From contig PHAI01000003.1 in assembly GCA_002840305.1 (NCBI GenBank), positions 70,908-134,907 on the forward strand: a DNA stretch of 64,000 nucleotides. Direction: 5' to 3'. The position numbers were made by a program, and so were the translations under genes. The notes beneath the pieces are model-generated. The model ran no database searches and was not told the DNA's origin. It saw nothing but the letters and a program-made list of their open reading frames with translations. How positions within the stretch are numbered: the first letter of the stretch is position 1; each line of letters opens with the position of its first letter. Below, one piece after another: positions 53,456 to 62,194 of this stretch. This DNA is from Candidatus Falkowbacteria bacterium HGW-Falkowbacteria-1. Its GTDB lineage: Bacteria > Patescibacteriota > Patescibacteriia > Patescibacteriales > UBA12465.

Positions 53456-54949
53456 TTAGTCTTTTATGCAGCGAACCGAGCGACCGCCAGCACGATAAGC
53501 ATAATTGATATAAGCATTCGAAGGACAATATAAAAGATAGGCGTATTTATTATACACAGTGGAACTCCAAACATAACCCGCAACACCAACCTCATAAAAG
53601 CTGCCATTACTGAAAGTACGGCTGCCGGCTGCCGGCCATTTAAGAACAGAAGCCATGGCCCCTGACGGATTGTTGGAAGCCCAGCTCAACCTTTCAATAT
53701 CGAGTTCGTTTGATGTTGGAACTCGCCAGCCATCCGGACAGGGATTGTTTATCCCACTTACCCCTTGCCACAAACTATTTTTTTGAGGAACCCGCCAATC
53801 CTCGTTGTTTACATTAATGACTGCCTTTATAAAATTATTATGCCCTGGAGAATCAACAGAAGACGGGGTTGTCGTGGTCACACTAGTTCTTAACTGATGG
53901 CCATCAGCTCCTCTCCCCCATTGAAACAAATCACCATAACAGACAGGATCATTATAAGCCGCACAAACCTGAGATGCTCCTAAATTTCGATCAAGCCAGC
54001 ACTTAATATTTCCTCCCCCATAATCTTTTTCAACCGTTCCATAAGTTACTACGCCGCCATTGTAATCAAAAGTAACATTGTTTCCACAAACAAAAACTTC
54101 TTCTTCCCAAAGAGCATAAACAGTTAAGTCCCCGGCTATACTATAAATAGTATTCGACACATAATTATCGCCACTACCGTCAGATTCAGTGTCCCAACCT
54201 TGAAACACATAGCCATTCCTTGTTGGGATAGGTAATTCTTCAACCTCCTGATTATACACAACTAATTTAGAACTCGGGCTAACTCCTCCTCCCTGGGCAT
54301 TAAAGCTTAATGTATATGTATTAGCAATAAACTGAGCCGTAACATTTGTGTTTTCTTGAACATTGCTATCCATTCTAAATGCCGCAACCATTCCATCAGA
54401 CCACTGAAAAAATGAATAGCCTAAATTGGCCTGTGCCTCCACAGGGCTTCCATCTTCTCCTCTATTAACTGTTTGATTTATATTGCCCATGATGATACCG
54501 CCGACATCAGCTGTGTAATTCAAAAAAAATACGTCCACCACTCCACCATCTGTTTCCCCAGAAACAGCCACGACTCCTCCTGGGGTTACTCTTTTCGCCC
54601 CCTCTGGCATATCTGATATTTGTTTGCCGGTACAGAAATCTATAGTATAACTAGCTCCACTATTTTGAGGTATATAAGAATAAGTATTAGAAGCCTCTAG
54701 ACAATCGCCATCGGCAGGAGATGGAGCGGTAGGAATGTTGTACATAAATATTTCTCCGGTAGTAGAAGAGGTGATAGAGCCGCTGTTCCATTCATCTGTG
54801 GTAGGGTATCTACCGTTTTCATTAAAGAATAGTTCTAGAGTAGCCAGTATGCCTATGATAGCTATTACTACTAGAAGCTCTATTAGAGTGAAGCCACGTA
54901 AAAACGCTTCGCGTTCACGTGGCAAGGCTTTTTGTTTTGTTTTGAACAT
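53456..54949 (-). CDS. Type IV pilin-like protein fused to a Listeria-Bacteroides repeat and a FISUMP (Fibrobacter paralogous) domain
   Basis: 497 aa. GFTLIELLVVIAIIGILA pilin N-terminus. YTLSFNAQGG......NGYVFQGWDT....G repeat. C-terminal W..RNLG.....G.LFQWGR ... GYVWSST ... GRSVRCIKD. Confidence 0.75.
   Translation of the reverse strand: MFKTKQKALPREREAFLRGFTLIELLVVIAIIGILATLELFFNENGRYPTTDEWNSGSITSSTTGEIFMYNIPTAPSPADGDCLEASNTYSYIPQNSGASYTIDFCTGKQISDMPEGAKRVTPGGVVAVSGETDGGVVDVFFLNYTADVGGIIMGNINQTVNRGEDGSPVEAQANLGYSFFQWSDGMVAAFRMDSNVQENTNVTAQFIANTYTLSFNAQGGGVSPSSKLVVYNQEVEELPIPTRNGYVFQGWDTESDGSGDNYVSNTIYSIAGDLTVYALWEEEVFVCGNNVTFDYNGGVVTYGTVEKDYGGGNIKCWLDRNLGASQVCAAYNDPVCYGDLFQWGRGADGHQLRTSVTTTTPSSVDSPGHNNFIKAVINVNNEDWRVPQKNSLWQGVSGINNPCPDGWRVPTSNELDIERLSWASNNPSGAMASVLKWPAAGSRTFSNGSFYEVGVAGYVWSSTVYNKYAYLLYCPSNAYINYAYRAGGRSVRCIKD
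54893..54923. repeat. Family-B GC-rich palindrome embedded in-frame in the prepilin leader
   Basis: The minus-sense sequence is GCCACGT-GAACGC-GAA-GCGTT-TTT-ACGTGGC. It encodes ALPREREAFLRG immediately before the FTLIELL cleavage region. Confidence 0.7.
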
Positions 54950-55203
54950 AAAATTATTTTTTTACTTTTTATCACCCCCGCAAAAACGAATGTGCACACA
55001 AGAAGAAGAATATATTAATCGTTTTTTGGTTATTATTAGTAGAATTCTAACCATTAACTATCTTGCATTAATGCTTATAAACAAATTTGCACTAGAGTTT
55101 ATATTCATAAAACAAGATTAAGAAAAGAAAAACAGGAAAAACAAAAAAGAGATGATTTTCTTGAATGAATTTTTTTTATGAAAATGGCAAGAAAAAATAT
55201 TTA

Positions 55204-55929
55204 TCAAACCTCAACATTCAAATAATAATCATTCACATCTTCAAGGTCATCCAATTCCTCTAAAAAGGTATACACTTTATTCAAGTCTTCTTCCGATAAA
55301 GTATTTTTTTCTTTGGCCACATATTCAATCTCGGCTGAATCAATTTCTATCCCTTTAGCATCAATAATACTTTTTATTTTTTGCAAATCTTCAAATTTGG
55401 TAAAAACAAACAGACCGCCATCCTCTAATTTGAAATCATCAATATTAGCCTCTATCAATTCCAATTCCAGACCTTCTAAATTAACTTTTTTATTTTCTAA
55501 CTCTTCCTTTAAAATCGAAATAACTCCTTTCTGTTCAAAATTCCACATGACAGAGCCCAGGCTTCCTCCGGCTTTAGATACGGCATGTCTAACGCTGGCG
55601 GCGCTACGATTCTTATTATCAGTTAAACACTTAATGATAATTTGACCATTGTTTGGCAAGACAGCTTCATAATACAACTCCTCAACCACATCTCCCGCTA
55701 ATTCTCCGGTTCCTTTTTTAATCGCCCTTTCAATGTTGTCCTTAGGCATATTAAAGCCCTTGGCTTTTTCAACTATCGCCCTAAGAGAGGGATTTGTTTC
55801 CATGTCACCACCCTTTTCACGAGCAGCTATTGTAATAGTATTGGCTAATTTAGTAAAAACAGCTCCCCTTTTGGCGTCAACGACGGCCTTGGCTCTTTTT
55901 GTTGTTGCCCACTTTGAATGTCCAGACAT
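55204..55929 (-). CDS. yebC: YebC/PmpR-family transcriptional regulator
   Basis: MSGHSKWATTKR...KRG..F.KL N-terminus. The start is taken at M10 of the track ORF. Confidence 0.92.
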   Translation of the reverse strand: MSGHSKWATTKRAKAVVDAKRGAVFTKLANTITIAAREKGGDMETNPSLRAIVEKAKGFNMPKDNIERAIKKGTGELAGDVVEELYYEAVLPNNGQIIIKCLTDNKNRSAASVRHAVSKAGGSLGSVMWNFEQKGVISILKEELENKKVNLEGLELELIEANIDDFKLEDGGLFVFTKFEDLQKIKSIIDAKGIEIDSAEIEYVAKEKNTLSEEDLNKVYTFLEELDDLEDVNDYYLNVEV

Positions 55930-56059
55930 ATTTTTTCTACCCCTTGTTGATTCCAATGAAACGTCACATAACGATGACCAGGAAAAAAATTCCAGGGTTA
56001 CTACTTATAAAATACAGTTATTAAAAATATATAGCTACCTTATTTTTTTGATAAAAGAA

Positions 56060-56974
56060 TTATTTCACTATCAGCTCAAACTCACCTTTTTTTCCATAGG
56101 CTTTTGGTCCGTAATCTCTACAATAATTTTTTATATGTTTCTTGAAATAGGCCGGCTTTGACTCTTGAATTTTACCAATCAAATAATAAGTCAAACATAA
56201 TATTAAAGCAAAGCCGGAGTCTTTTGGCAAATCTATTTGCCATCTACTCTTTTCTTCGCCAAAATATTTATTTTTTTCTTTTCCCAATGTTATCACTAAT
56301 TCATTTTTATCACGAATCACAAACTTGGCATGACGAGCATGTCCAAAACCAAAGGCTCTGAGAGACAAAAGTGGTCCAAACAGCTCGCTTTTTTTTATAT
56401 CAAGCATTGGAGTAATAAAGATAAATTCATCTGGAACAACAAAAGAATAAGATTTAAAATTTTTAAAACCTTTAAACAACTTAACTTTATTTATAAAACC
56501 AATAATTTTTTCTGGCTTTTCTTCGCTAACAGATAGTATCATTCCTAAGTAAGTTGAAACATTATAAGTGTAAGGTTCGGCAATTTTAGGATAAACAAAA
56601 ACTTGATCAGCTAATTTAGCGGCTGTTGAATTAGGGGAGCAGGTCAATAAAACAGTCTTTAATTTATTTTTTTTAGCTAGTTCGATTTCCCAAACGGAAT
56701 CCTTTTCTCCGGAAGCCGAGATTATAATCGCTTCTTTTATTATTTTTTTATTTATTAAACTTTTATATTTCTCAATGGTTTCTTTGAAGGTGCTTTCGTC
56801 GGCAATAACTGCTTTTTGTTTAGAAAATAAAATCTGGGCAGTATTATAAGCGTTCCCACTCCCCACAACCAAAGGAAAATCAAACTTATTTAAGTTTAAT
56901 TTTGGCAAGTTGGACTTTACCAAAAAGCTTAAAGCAGTTAAAACACCCTGATCCAAATTAATTAATTCTGACAT
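56060..56974 (-). CDS. SIS-domain protein (possible phosphosugar isomerase)
   Basis: 304 aa. VVGSGNAY......L and IIISASGEKDS segments resemble SIS-domain signatures. Adjacent to gpmA. The specific activity is not determinable from the sequence. Confidence 0.4.
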   Translation of the reverse strand: MSELINLDQGVLTALSFLVKSNLPKLNLNKFDFPLVVGSGNAYNTAQILFSKQKAVIADESTFKETIEKYKSLINKKIIKEAIIISASGEKDSVWEIELAKKNKLKTVLLTCSPNSTAAKLADQVFVYPKIAEPYTYNVSTYLGMILSVSEEKPEKIIGFINKVKLFKGFKNFKSYSFVVPDEFIFITPMLDIKKSELFGPLLSLRAFGFGHARHAKFVIRDKNELVITLGKEKNKYFGEEKSRWQIDLPKDSGFALILCLTYYLIGKIQESKPAYFKKHIKNYCRDYGPKAYGKKGEFELIVK

Positions 56975-56990
56975 AATGTTTAATTTAAAA

Positions 56991-57734
56991 TTATTTTTTT
57001 ATTTTTCCTTGATTTTTAATATTATTCACCAAAGCTTCAATTTTTTTAGGGTCTCCCAAATAATAAGACTTTATTTTTTTGAAATTTTTGTCTAATTCAT
57101 AAACAATAGGAACAGCATAAGGAAGGTTTAGTTTAACCACCTCCTCGTTTGTCAAATTATCTAAATATTTTACAATAGACCTAAGACTATTTCCGCTAGC
57201 CGAAATTAATATCTTTTTACCAGATTTTAATGCCGGAACAATATTTTGTTTCCAAAAAGGGATAGTTCTTTCCACTACATCTTTCAAGGACTCCGCCAAA
57301 ACTGGGCTGTTAAAATCTCTATATCTAATATCATTAATCTGATTATAAGGATTGCCCTTCTTGATGTCCGGAGGGCGCACATCATACGATCTCCTCCAAA
57401 TCAAAACCTGCTCCTCTCCAAATTTTTTTGCCATTTTTTTCTTATTTAAACCTTGTAGGTTGCCATAGTGTCTCTCGTTCAATCTCCAATTCTTAAAGAC
57501 TGGAATCCACATAAAATCCATTTCTTCCAAAATGATATTTAAAGTCTTTATGGCCCTTTTATGGAAAGATGTAAAACACAAATCAAAAACAAATTTTTTA
57601 TTTTTTAAAAGCTCACCCGCCTCCTTAGCCTGTTTAACTCCAAGAGCAGTTAAATCAACATCGGTCCAACCAGTAAACAGGCCCTTCTTGTTCCACTCGC
57701 TTTCTCCGTGTCTAATTAAAACTATTTTATACAT
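56991..57734 (-). CDS. gpmA: 2,3-bisphosphoglycerate-dependent phosphoglycerate mutase
   Basis: 247 aa. LIRHGESEWN catalytic motif, ERHYG, and overall dPGM pattern. Confidence 0.93.
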   Translation of the reverse strand: MYKIVLIRHGESEWNKKGLFTGWTDVDLTALGVKQAKEAGELLKNKKFVFDLCFTSFHKRAIKTLNIILEEMDFMWIPVFKNWRLNERHYGNLQGLNKKKMAKKFGEEQVLIWRRSYDVRPPDIKKGNPYNQINDIRYRDFNSPVLAESLKDVVERTIPFWKQNIVPALKSGKKILISASGNSLRSIVKYLDNLTNEEVVKLNLPYAVPIVYELDKNFKKIKSYYLGDPKKIEALVNNIKNQGKIKK

Positions 57735-57798
57735 AATTTTATATTTAAAGCTTAAATTGACTAAAAATATCTAAAATGCTACCATTTTATGGTAATTT

Positions 57799-59145
57799 AT
57801 GATTAAAGTAAGAATCAAAAAAACATTAGCCGAAATACTGATATTTTTGATAAAAATATTGTTTTTACTCAAAAAAATAATCGCTTTTATTTTGTTTTAT
57901 ATCATCTATAAACCAATAAAGGCTATTCTTGGGTTTCTTTTTTTTAAACTAATCATCAATACTTACTATAAGTATATATTAATTTATAAAAAAATAAAAG
58001 AAATAAACAAAAAAAATAATTCACACCTATATATAATAAAAAAAAACTACCCAATTCTTATCTTGATTTTGATATCTCTTACTATAATATTCAATAATAC
58101 TTTTAGAAAATCTGAACCCTTTTCAAACATAGCCTATAAAACAGTTCTGGCTCAGACTATAATGAGCGATTTTGGAAGCACTGAGCCAGAAGAACTAATA
58201 GTAGAAACCAGCTACGAAGAAAGACCTTCTGTTATAGGTCAACTTAAATACATAGAGCAAAATGATTCTATAAAAAACGTACCACGAGCTATGGTCGCTC
58301 AAAATGAAAATGAAAATGATTTAATCGTATCTAATTCATTGAGTAGGCCGGCAATAGCTTCAACCCCAAAGGCCCGGGATGCTCGCAAAGAAATAATTGA
58401 ATATATAGTTCAAGCGGGAGATACCATAAGTAGTATCGCCGTTGATTTTGCTTTAAATGTTAATACTCTGCTATGGGAAAACAACCTAACCTCTAGATCA
58501 TTAATTAAACCAGGAAACAGTATAAGAATATTGCCAGAAAATGGTCTCATGCATACTGTCGCAAAAAACGAAAACATAAGTAGTATAGCTAAAAAGTATA
58601 ACGTCTCTAGCGATTCAATTATAAGTGCTAACAATTTAGATGTTGATGATGTGTTACAATTGAGCCAAAAAATATTCATACCTGGGGGTGCAAAAATAAT
58701 TGTCTCAACCCCAACAAGTAGACCGAGTTATACTGGTACGGCAATAGCCCAGAGCATTAATACCAACCCATCAACTAATTACAACGGGGGCAAGTTGCTA
58801 TGGCCAACGGTCGGCCACAGAATAACACAATACTACTCATGGAAGCATCAAGGTCTAGATATAGCCAATAAAACTGGTACACCATTATACGCCGCCGAAA
58901 GTGGAACCGTAGAAAGATCTGGCTGGAATACTGGTTATGGTTATAATGTAGTTATAAATCACGGGGGCGGCTTAAAAACGCTATATGGCCACTCTTCAAA
59001 GTTATTAGTAAAAGCCGGGGATACGGTGAACAAAGGAGATATAATAGCAGATATGGGGTCAACTGGTTGGTCAACAGGACCACACATTCACTTTGAAGTT
59101 ATATTAAACGGAGTTAAACAAAATCCTTTAAATTATATACAATAA
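57799..59145 (+). CDS. Membrane-anchored LysM (x2) plus M23 peptidoglycan endopeptidase
   Basis: 448 aa. LysM repeats YIVQAGDTISSIA and HTVAKNENISSIAKKY. M23 motifs HQGLDIA and GSTGWSTGPHIHFEV. Confidence 0.88.
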   Translation: MIKVRIKKTLAEILIFLIKILFLLKKIIAFILFYIIYKPIKAILGFLFFKLIINTYYKYILIYKKIKEINKKNNSHLYIIKKNYPILILILISLTIIFNNTFRKSEPFSNIAYKTVLAQTIMSDFGSTEPEELIVETSYEERPSVIGQLKYIEQNDSIKNVPRAMVAQNENENDLIVSNSLSRPAIASTPKARDARKEIIEYIVQAGDTISSIAVDFALNVNTLLWENNLTSRSLIKPGNSIRILPENGLMHTVAKNENISSIAKKYNVSSDSIISANNLDVDDVLQLSQKIFIPGGAKIIVSTPTSRPSYTGTAIAQSINTNPSTNYNGGKLLWPTVGHRITQYYSWKHQGLDIANKTGTPLYAAESGTVERSGWNTGYGYNVVINHGGGLKTLYGHSSKLLVKAGDTVNKGDIIADMGSTGWSTGPHIHFEVILNGVKQNPLNYIQ

Positions 59146-59241
59146 AAATACACATAAATAATTAAAACCAGTTATTGTTATTTACTACGCAACCCGCGAG
59201 GTTATAATCGCAGAAATAACAAAAACTGCACAACAAAAAAT

Positions 59242-59490
59242 ATGAAAATTTTGGGAGGACTTATTATGATCGCTATTGGCACGGCAATAATAATGTACAC
59301 TGAATGGCTTTTAAAAAATTTTGGCAAAGTTGCTTGGTTCGAAAAAAATTTAGGTTCGGAAGGCGGATCAAGACTTGGGTACAAACTCATAGGATTAATA
59401 ATTGTATTTTTAGGATTACTTATGACAACAGGAATGATGGACGGATTTTTAAGTTTTGTATTATCACCATTGACTAGAGGACAATTGTAA
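59242..59490 (+). CDS. Small two-TM membrane protein, hypothetical
   Basis: 82-aa hydrophobic ORF. Confidence 0.45.
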   Translation: MKILGGLIMIAIGTAIIMYTEWLLKNFGKVAWFEKNLGSEGGSRLGYKLIGLIIVFLGLLMTTGMMDGFLSFVLSPLTRGQL

Positions 59491-59658
59491 GAGGATACTT
59501 AAGACGCTCAGGATACTCGGGATGCTTGAGGCGCCTGGGATTATTGAAAAATATACTAATTTAAAATCACAAAAATCCTAAAGGTCATAATAACCTTAAA
59601 AATATTATAGAGCACTCTTGACTTATAATTTCTAATAAATTATTATACCTTTATGTTT

Positions 59659-59732
59659 GGGCCCTTAGCTCAGCTGGTTAGAGCACCTGCTTTGCAAGCA
59701 GGGGGTCAAGGGTTCGAATCCCTTAGGGTCCA
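59659..59732 (+). tRNA. tRNA-Ala (anticodon UGC)
   Basis: GGGCCCT acceptor with the G3:U70 identity pair. Anticodon arm CCTGC-TTTGCAA-GCAGG. T arm AAGGG-TTCGAAT-CCCTT. No encoded CCA. Confidence 0.93.
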
Positions 59733-59787
59733 CTGAAAAAATAAAAATAGACCGAATGATCTATTTTTGCAAACTATTCTATATAAT

Positions 59788-59815
59788 AAAAACGGACTTT
59801 TACAAGCCCGTTTTT
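59788..59815. terminator. Bidirectional hairpin terminator
   Basis: AAAAACGGACTT-ttac-AAGCCCGTTTTT with flanking A- and T-runs. Lies between tRNA-Ala and the convergent 59835..60686 gene. Confidence 0.55.
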
Positions 59816-59834
59816 ATTATATACTCAGATATTA

Positions 59835-60686
59835 CTATTGAATTCTTTTTCCAGGATTTTCGCATGTTTTTGTTAAACACTCATCAATCTTGCTAATCAT
59901 TTCAGTTTCTAGAGTGTCAGCATAACCCACCCAATACTTATCACCAATGAATGTCATTGGCACGCCTTGGATAGTTGTATCGTAAGCCGCAGCCAAAGAT
60001 TCTAGCATACCTCTATTATCAGTGTTATTCCAAGTCTCATAAGTTTTTATTTCTATGTTTGGATATTTCTCCAACCATTTTACCATAGCCTCTTTTTGCT
60101 TTGCGCAATAAGGGCAACCGTCACCCCAGAAAAAATAAATAGCTACTTTCTTTTCAGATTCGAAGTTTGCTCCCTCGTTAAATCCTTCTTCAGAAACAAC
60201 ATTACTGTCCGAAACAACCTCCGGACTTGTAGAGGCAACCTCACCACCCAAGTCCTTTTTCAATTCAGCCATGTCAAAAGCTTGAGGAAAAAATTTCTTG
60301 CCGTCGTTGCTTATGTAGGAATCAATGATTTCTCCACCCCCAACATCGATTTTTAATTTATACAAACCATCTTCCTCCGCCTCCTCAATGCTTACAACTT
60401 TTATTGGATAAGCAGGGTCAGAAAAATTGTCATTAATAAACTTTTCGGCTTTAACTTTAGCATCTTCTAATGACAATTCGTTTTTATTATTAAATGTTGG
60501 TTTAAAAATTAGAAAACCAGCGATAAGCAAAACAACTACTGCGGCCAAAACCAACAAAGGTTTATTTTTTTTAGCCATGCCACAACAACAACCACCATCT
60601 TTGCATTTATCCTTTGATTCGTGGTGTTTTTGATCATGAGAGTCATTATGTTCTTTTTTCTCTTCATGTTTTTGATCTTTTTCCAT
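59835..60686 (-). CDS. Membrane-anchored thioredoxin/glutaredoxin-fold protein with a His/Cys-rich N-terminus
   Basis: 283 aa. N-terminus HEEKKEHNDSHDQKHHESKDKCKDGGCCCG, then a TM segment. Thioredoxin-like WGDGCPYCAKQ site. Confidence 0.7.
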   Translation of the reverse strand: MEKDQKHEEKKEHNDSHDQKHHESKDKCKDGGCCCGMAKKNKPLLVLAAVVVLLIAGFLIFKPTFNNKNELSLEDAKVKAEKFINDNFSDPAYPIKVVSIEEAEEDGLYKLKIDVGGGEIIDSYISNDGKKFFPQAFDMAELKKDLGGEVASTSPEVVSDSNVVSEEGFNEGANFESEKKVAIYFFWGDGCPYCAKQKEAMVKWLEKYPNIEIKTYETWNNTDNRGMLESLAAAYDTTIQGVPMTFIGDKYWVGYADTLETEMISKIDECLTKTCENPGKRIQ

Positions 60687-60760
60687 AATTTAAAAATTAA
60701 TTATAAATTTTTACGATAAAAAAATAATAGCAAAAAAATAATAAAATAGCAAATAGTCTT

Positions 60761-62185
60761 TTAACCAGCTACCCCGTGAATTTTTTTATTTTTCTTAACA
60801 GAAACTCTAACTGGAGAACCAAAAAAATCAAAATCCTCTCTCAATCTATTCTCCAAAAACCTTAAATAGGAATCATGCAAATCTTCCTGGGACCCAATTC
60901 TTACTTCAAATTTTGGAGGGTTAGTCCAAGTTTGTCTCAAGCTATAAATCCTTGGATGTTTAACGCCCCTACCTTTTGTTGGTTTATGCTTTTTAATCAT
61001 CTTAGCTAAAAATCTAGACAAACCAGTATCGCTTATTTTAATTTTTCTAGCTGCATCAATTCTCAAAACTAAATCAAAAATTTTATCAACTTTTTCTCCC
61101 TTAAGTGCGGAAACAAAAACAATCGGCGCCCAAACAATAAAAGGAAAATTTATGTTTATTTCTCTGGTCCAATACTTTGTGCTTCTATCTTCTATCAAAT
61201 CCCATTTGTTGGCAACAATAATAAAACTTTTACCTTGATTCATAATCTCCTCTATTAGTTTAGAGTCTTGTCTGGTAATCTCGTCATTTATGTCTATAAC
61301 CAATAAAATAATATCAGCTTCTCTCAGTGATTTTAGAGATTTAATAATCCCATACTTTTCTAGACCTTCCGACTTTTTCCCCATTTTATTTATTCCGGCC
61401 GTGTCGATTAAATTAATTAATCTATTTTTATACATAAGCTCAGTATTCTGTGGTTCCCTGGTCGTGTGCGGTATTTCACTAACAATAACTCGCTCATAAC
61501 CCAGAAGAGAGTTTAGCAAGGATGACTTACCAACATTTGGCTTACCAATTATACACAAATTTATTTTGTCTTTATCTGCTGCAAGCTTGGCTTCGATAGA
61601 TTTTTCGTCCTCTTTTTGTCCGTCTCCTTTTTTATTTTTTTCAAAATATTCAATTATTAGATCCAACAGATCTCCAGTCCCTGAACCCGTTAAAGCAGAG
61701 ATCGGCACCGGTTCATTCAACGACAATTTATTAAACTCAAAACTTTCTGCTACCTGTCTAAAATTATCCACTTTATTAGCGACTAAAATTGTTCTTTTTT
61801 GATAATTTCTCTTTTTTAAAAAGCTCACAATATTTTTGTCTTCTTTTAAAAGACCAGCTTTGTTATCAACAACAAAAAGAAGCAAATCGGCTTTTTTAAT
61901 TAATTCATAAACCTGTTTCTGAACTTTTTGTTCTATTCTTTTCACTCCGCCTTCCTCCACGTTCATTTTTTTCTTAAGAGCATAGGAATCAGAAACTCCA
62001 GCCGTATCAAGTACCTGGAAATCAAAACCCCTCCAATTCATTTTGTTTATATTAAAATCCCTGGTTGTGTTTTCTATAGGAGAAACTAAGGCCTGGTTTT
62101 TCTCAATTAAACGATTAAACAACGTCGATTTTCCAACGTTTGTTCGCCCAATTATAATAACTAATGGCAATTTTTCATCAATCAT
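60761..62185 (-). CDS. der: Ribosome-associated GTPase Der (EngA)
   Basis: 474 aa. Two G domains (GRTNVGKST and GKPNVGKSS; DTAG twice; NKVD and NKWD) plus a KH-like C-terminus. Confidence 0.93.
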   Translation of the reverse strand: MIDEKLPLVIIIGRTNVGKSTLFNRLIEKNQALVSPIENTTRDFNINKMNWRGFDFQVLDTAGVSDSYALKKKMNVEEGGVKRIEQKVQKQVYELIKKADLLLFVVDNKAGLLKEDKNIVSFLKKRNYQKRTILVANKVDNFRQVAESFEFNKLSLNEPVPISALTGSGTGDLLDLIIEYFEKNKKGDGQKEDEKSIEAKLAADKDKINLCIIGKPNVGKSSLLNSLLGYERVIVSEIPHTTREPQNTELMYKNRLINLIDTAGINKMGKKSEGLEKYGIIKSLKSLREADIILLVIDINDEITRQDSKLIEEIMNQGKSFIIVANKWDLIEDRSTKYWTREININFPFIVWAPIVFVSALKGEKVDKIFDLVLRIDAARKIKISDTGLSRFLAKMIKKHKPTKGRGVKHPRIYSLRQTWTNPPKFEVRIGSQEDLHDSYLRFLENRLREDFDFFGSPVRVSVKKNKKIHGVAG

Positions 62186-62194
62186 AAAAGCAAA

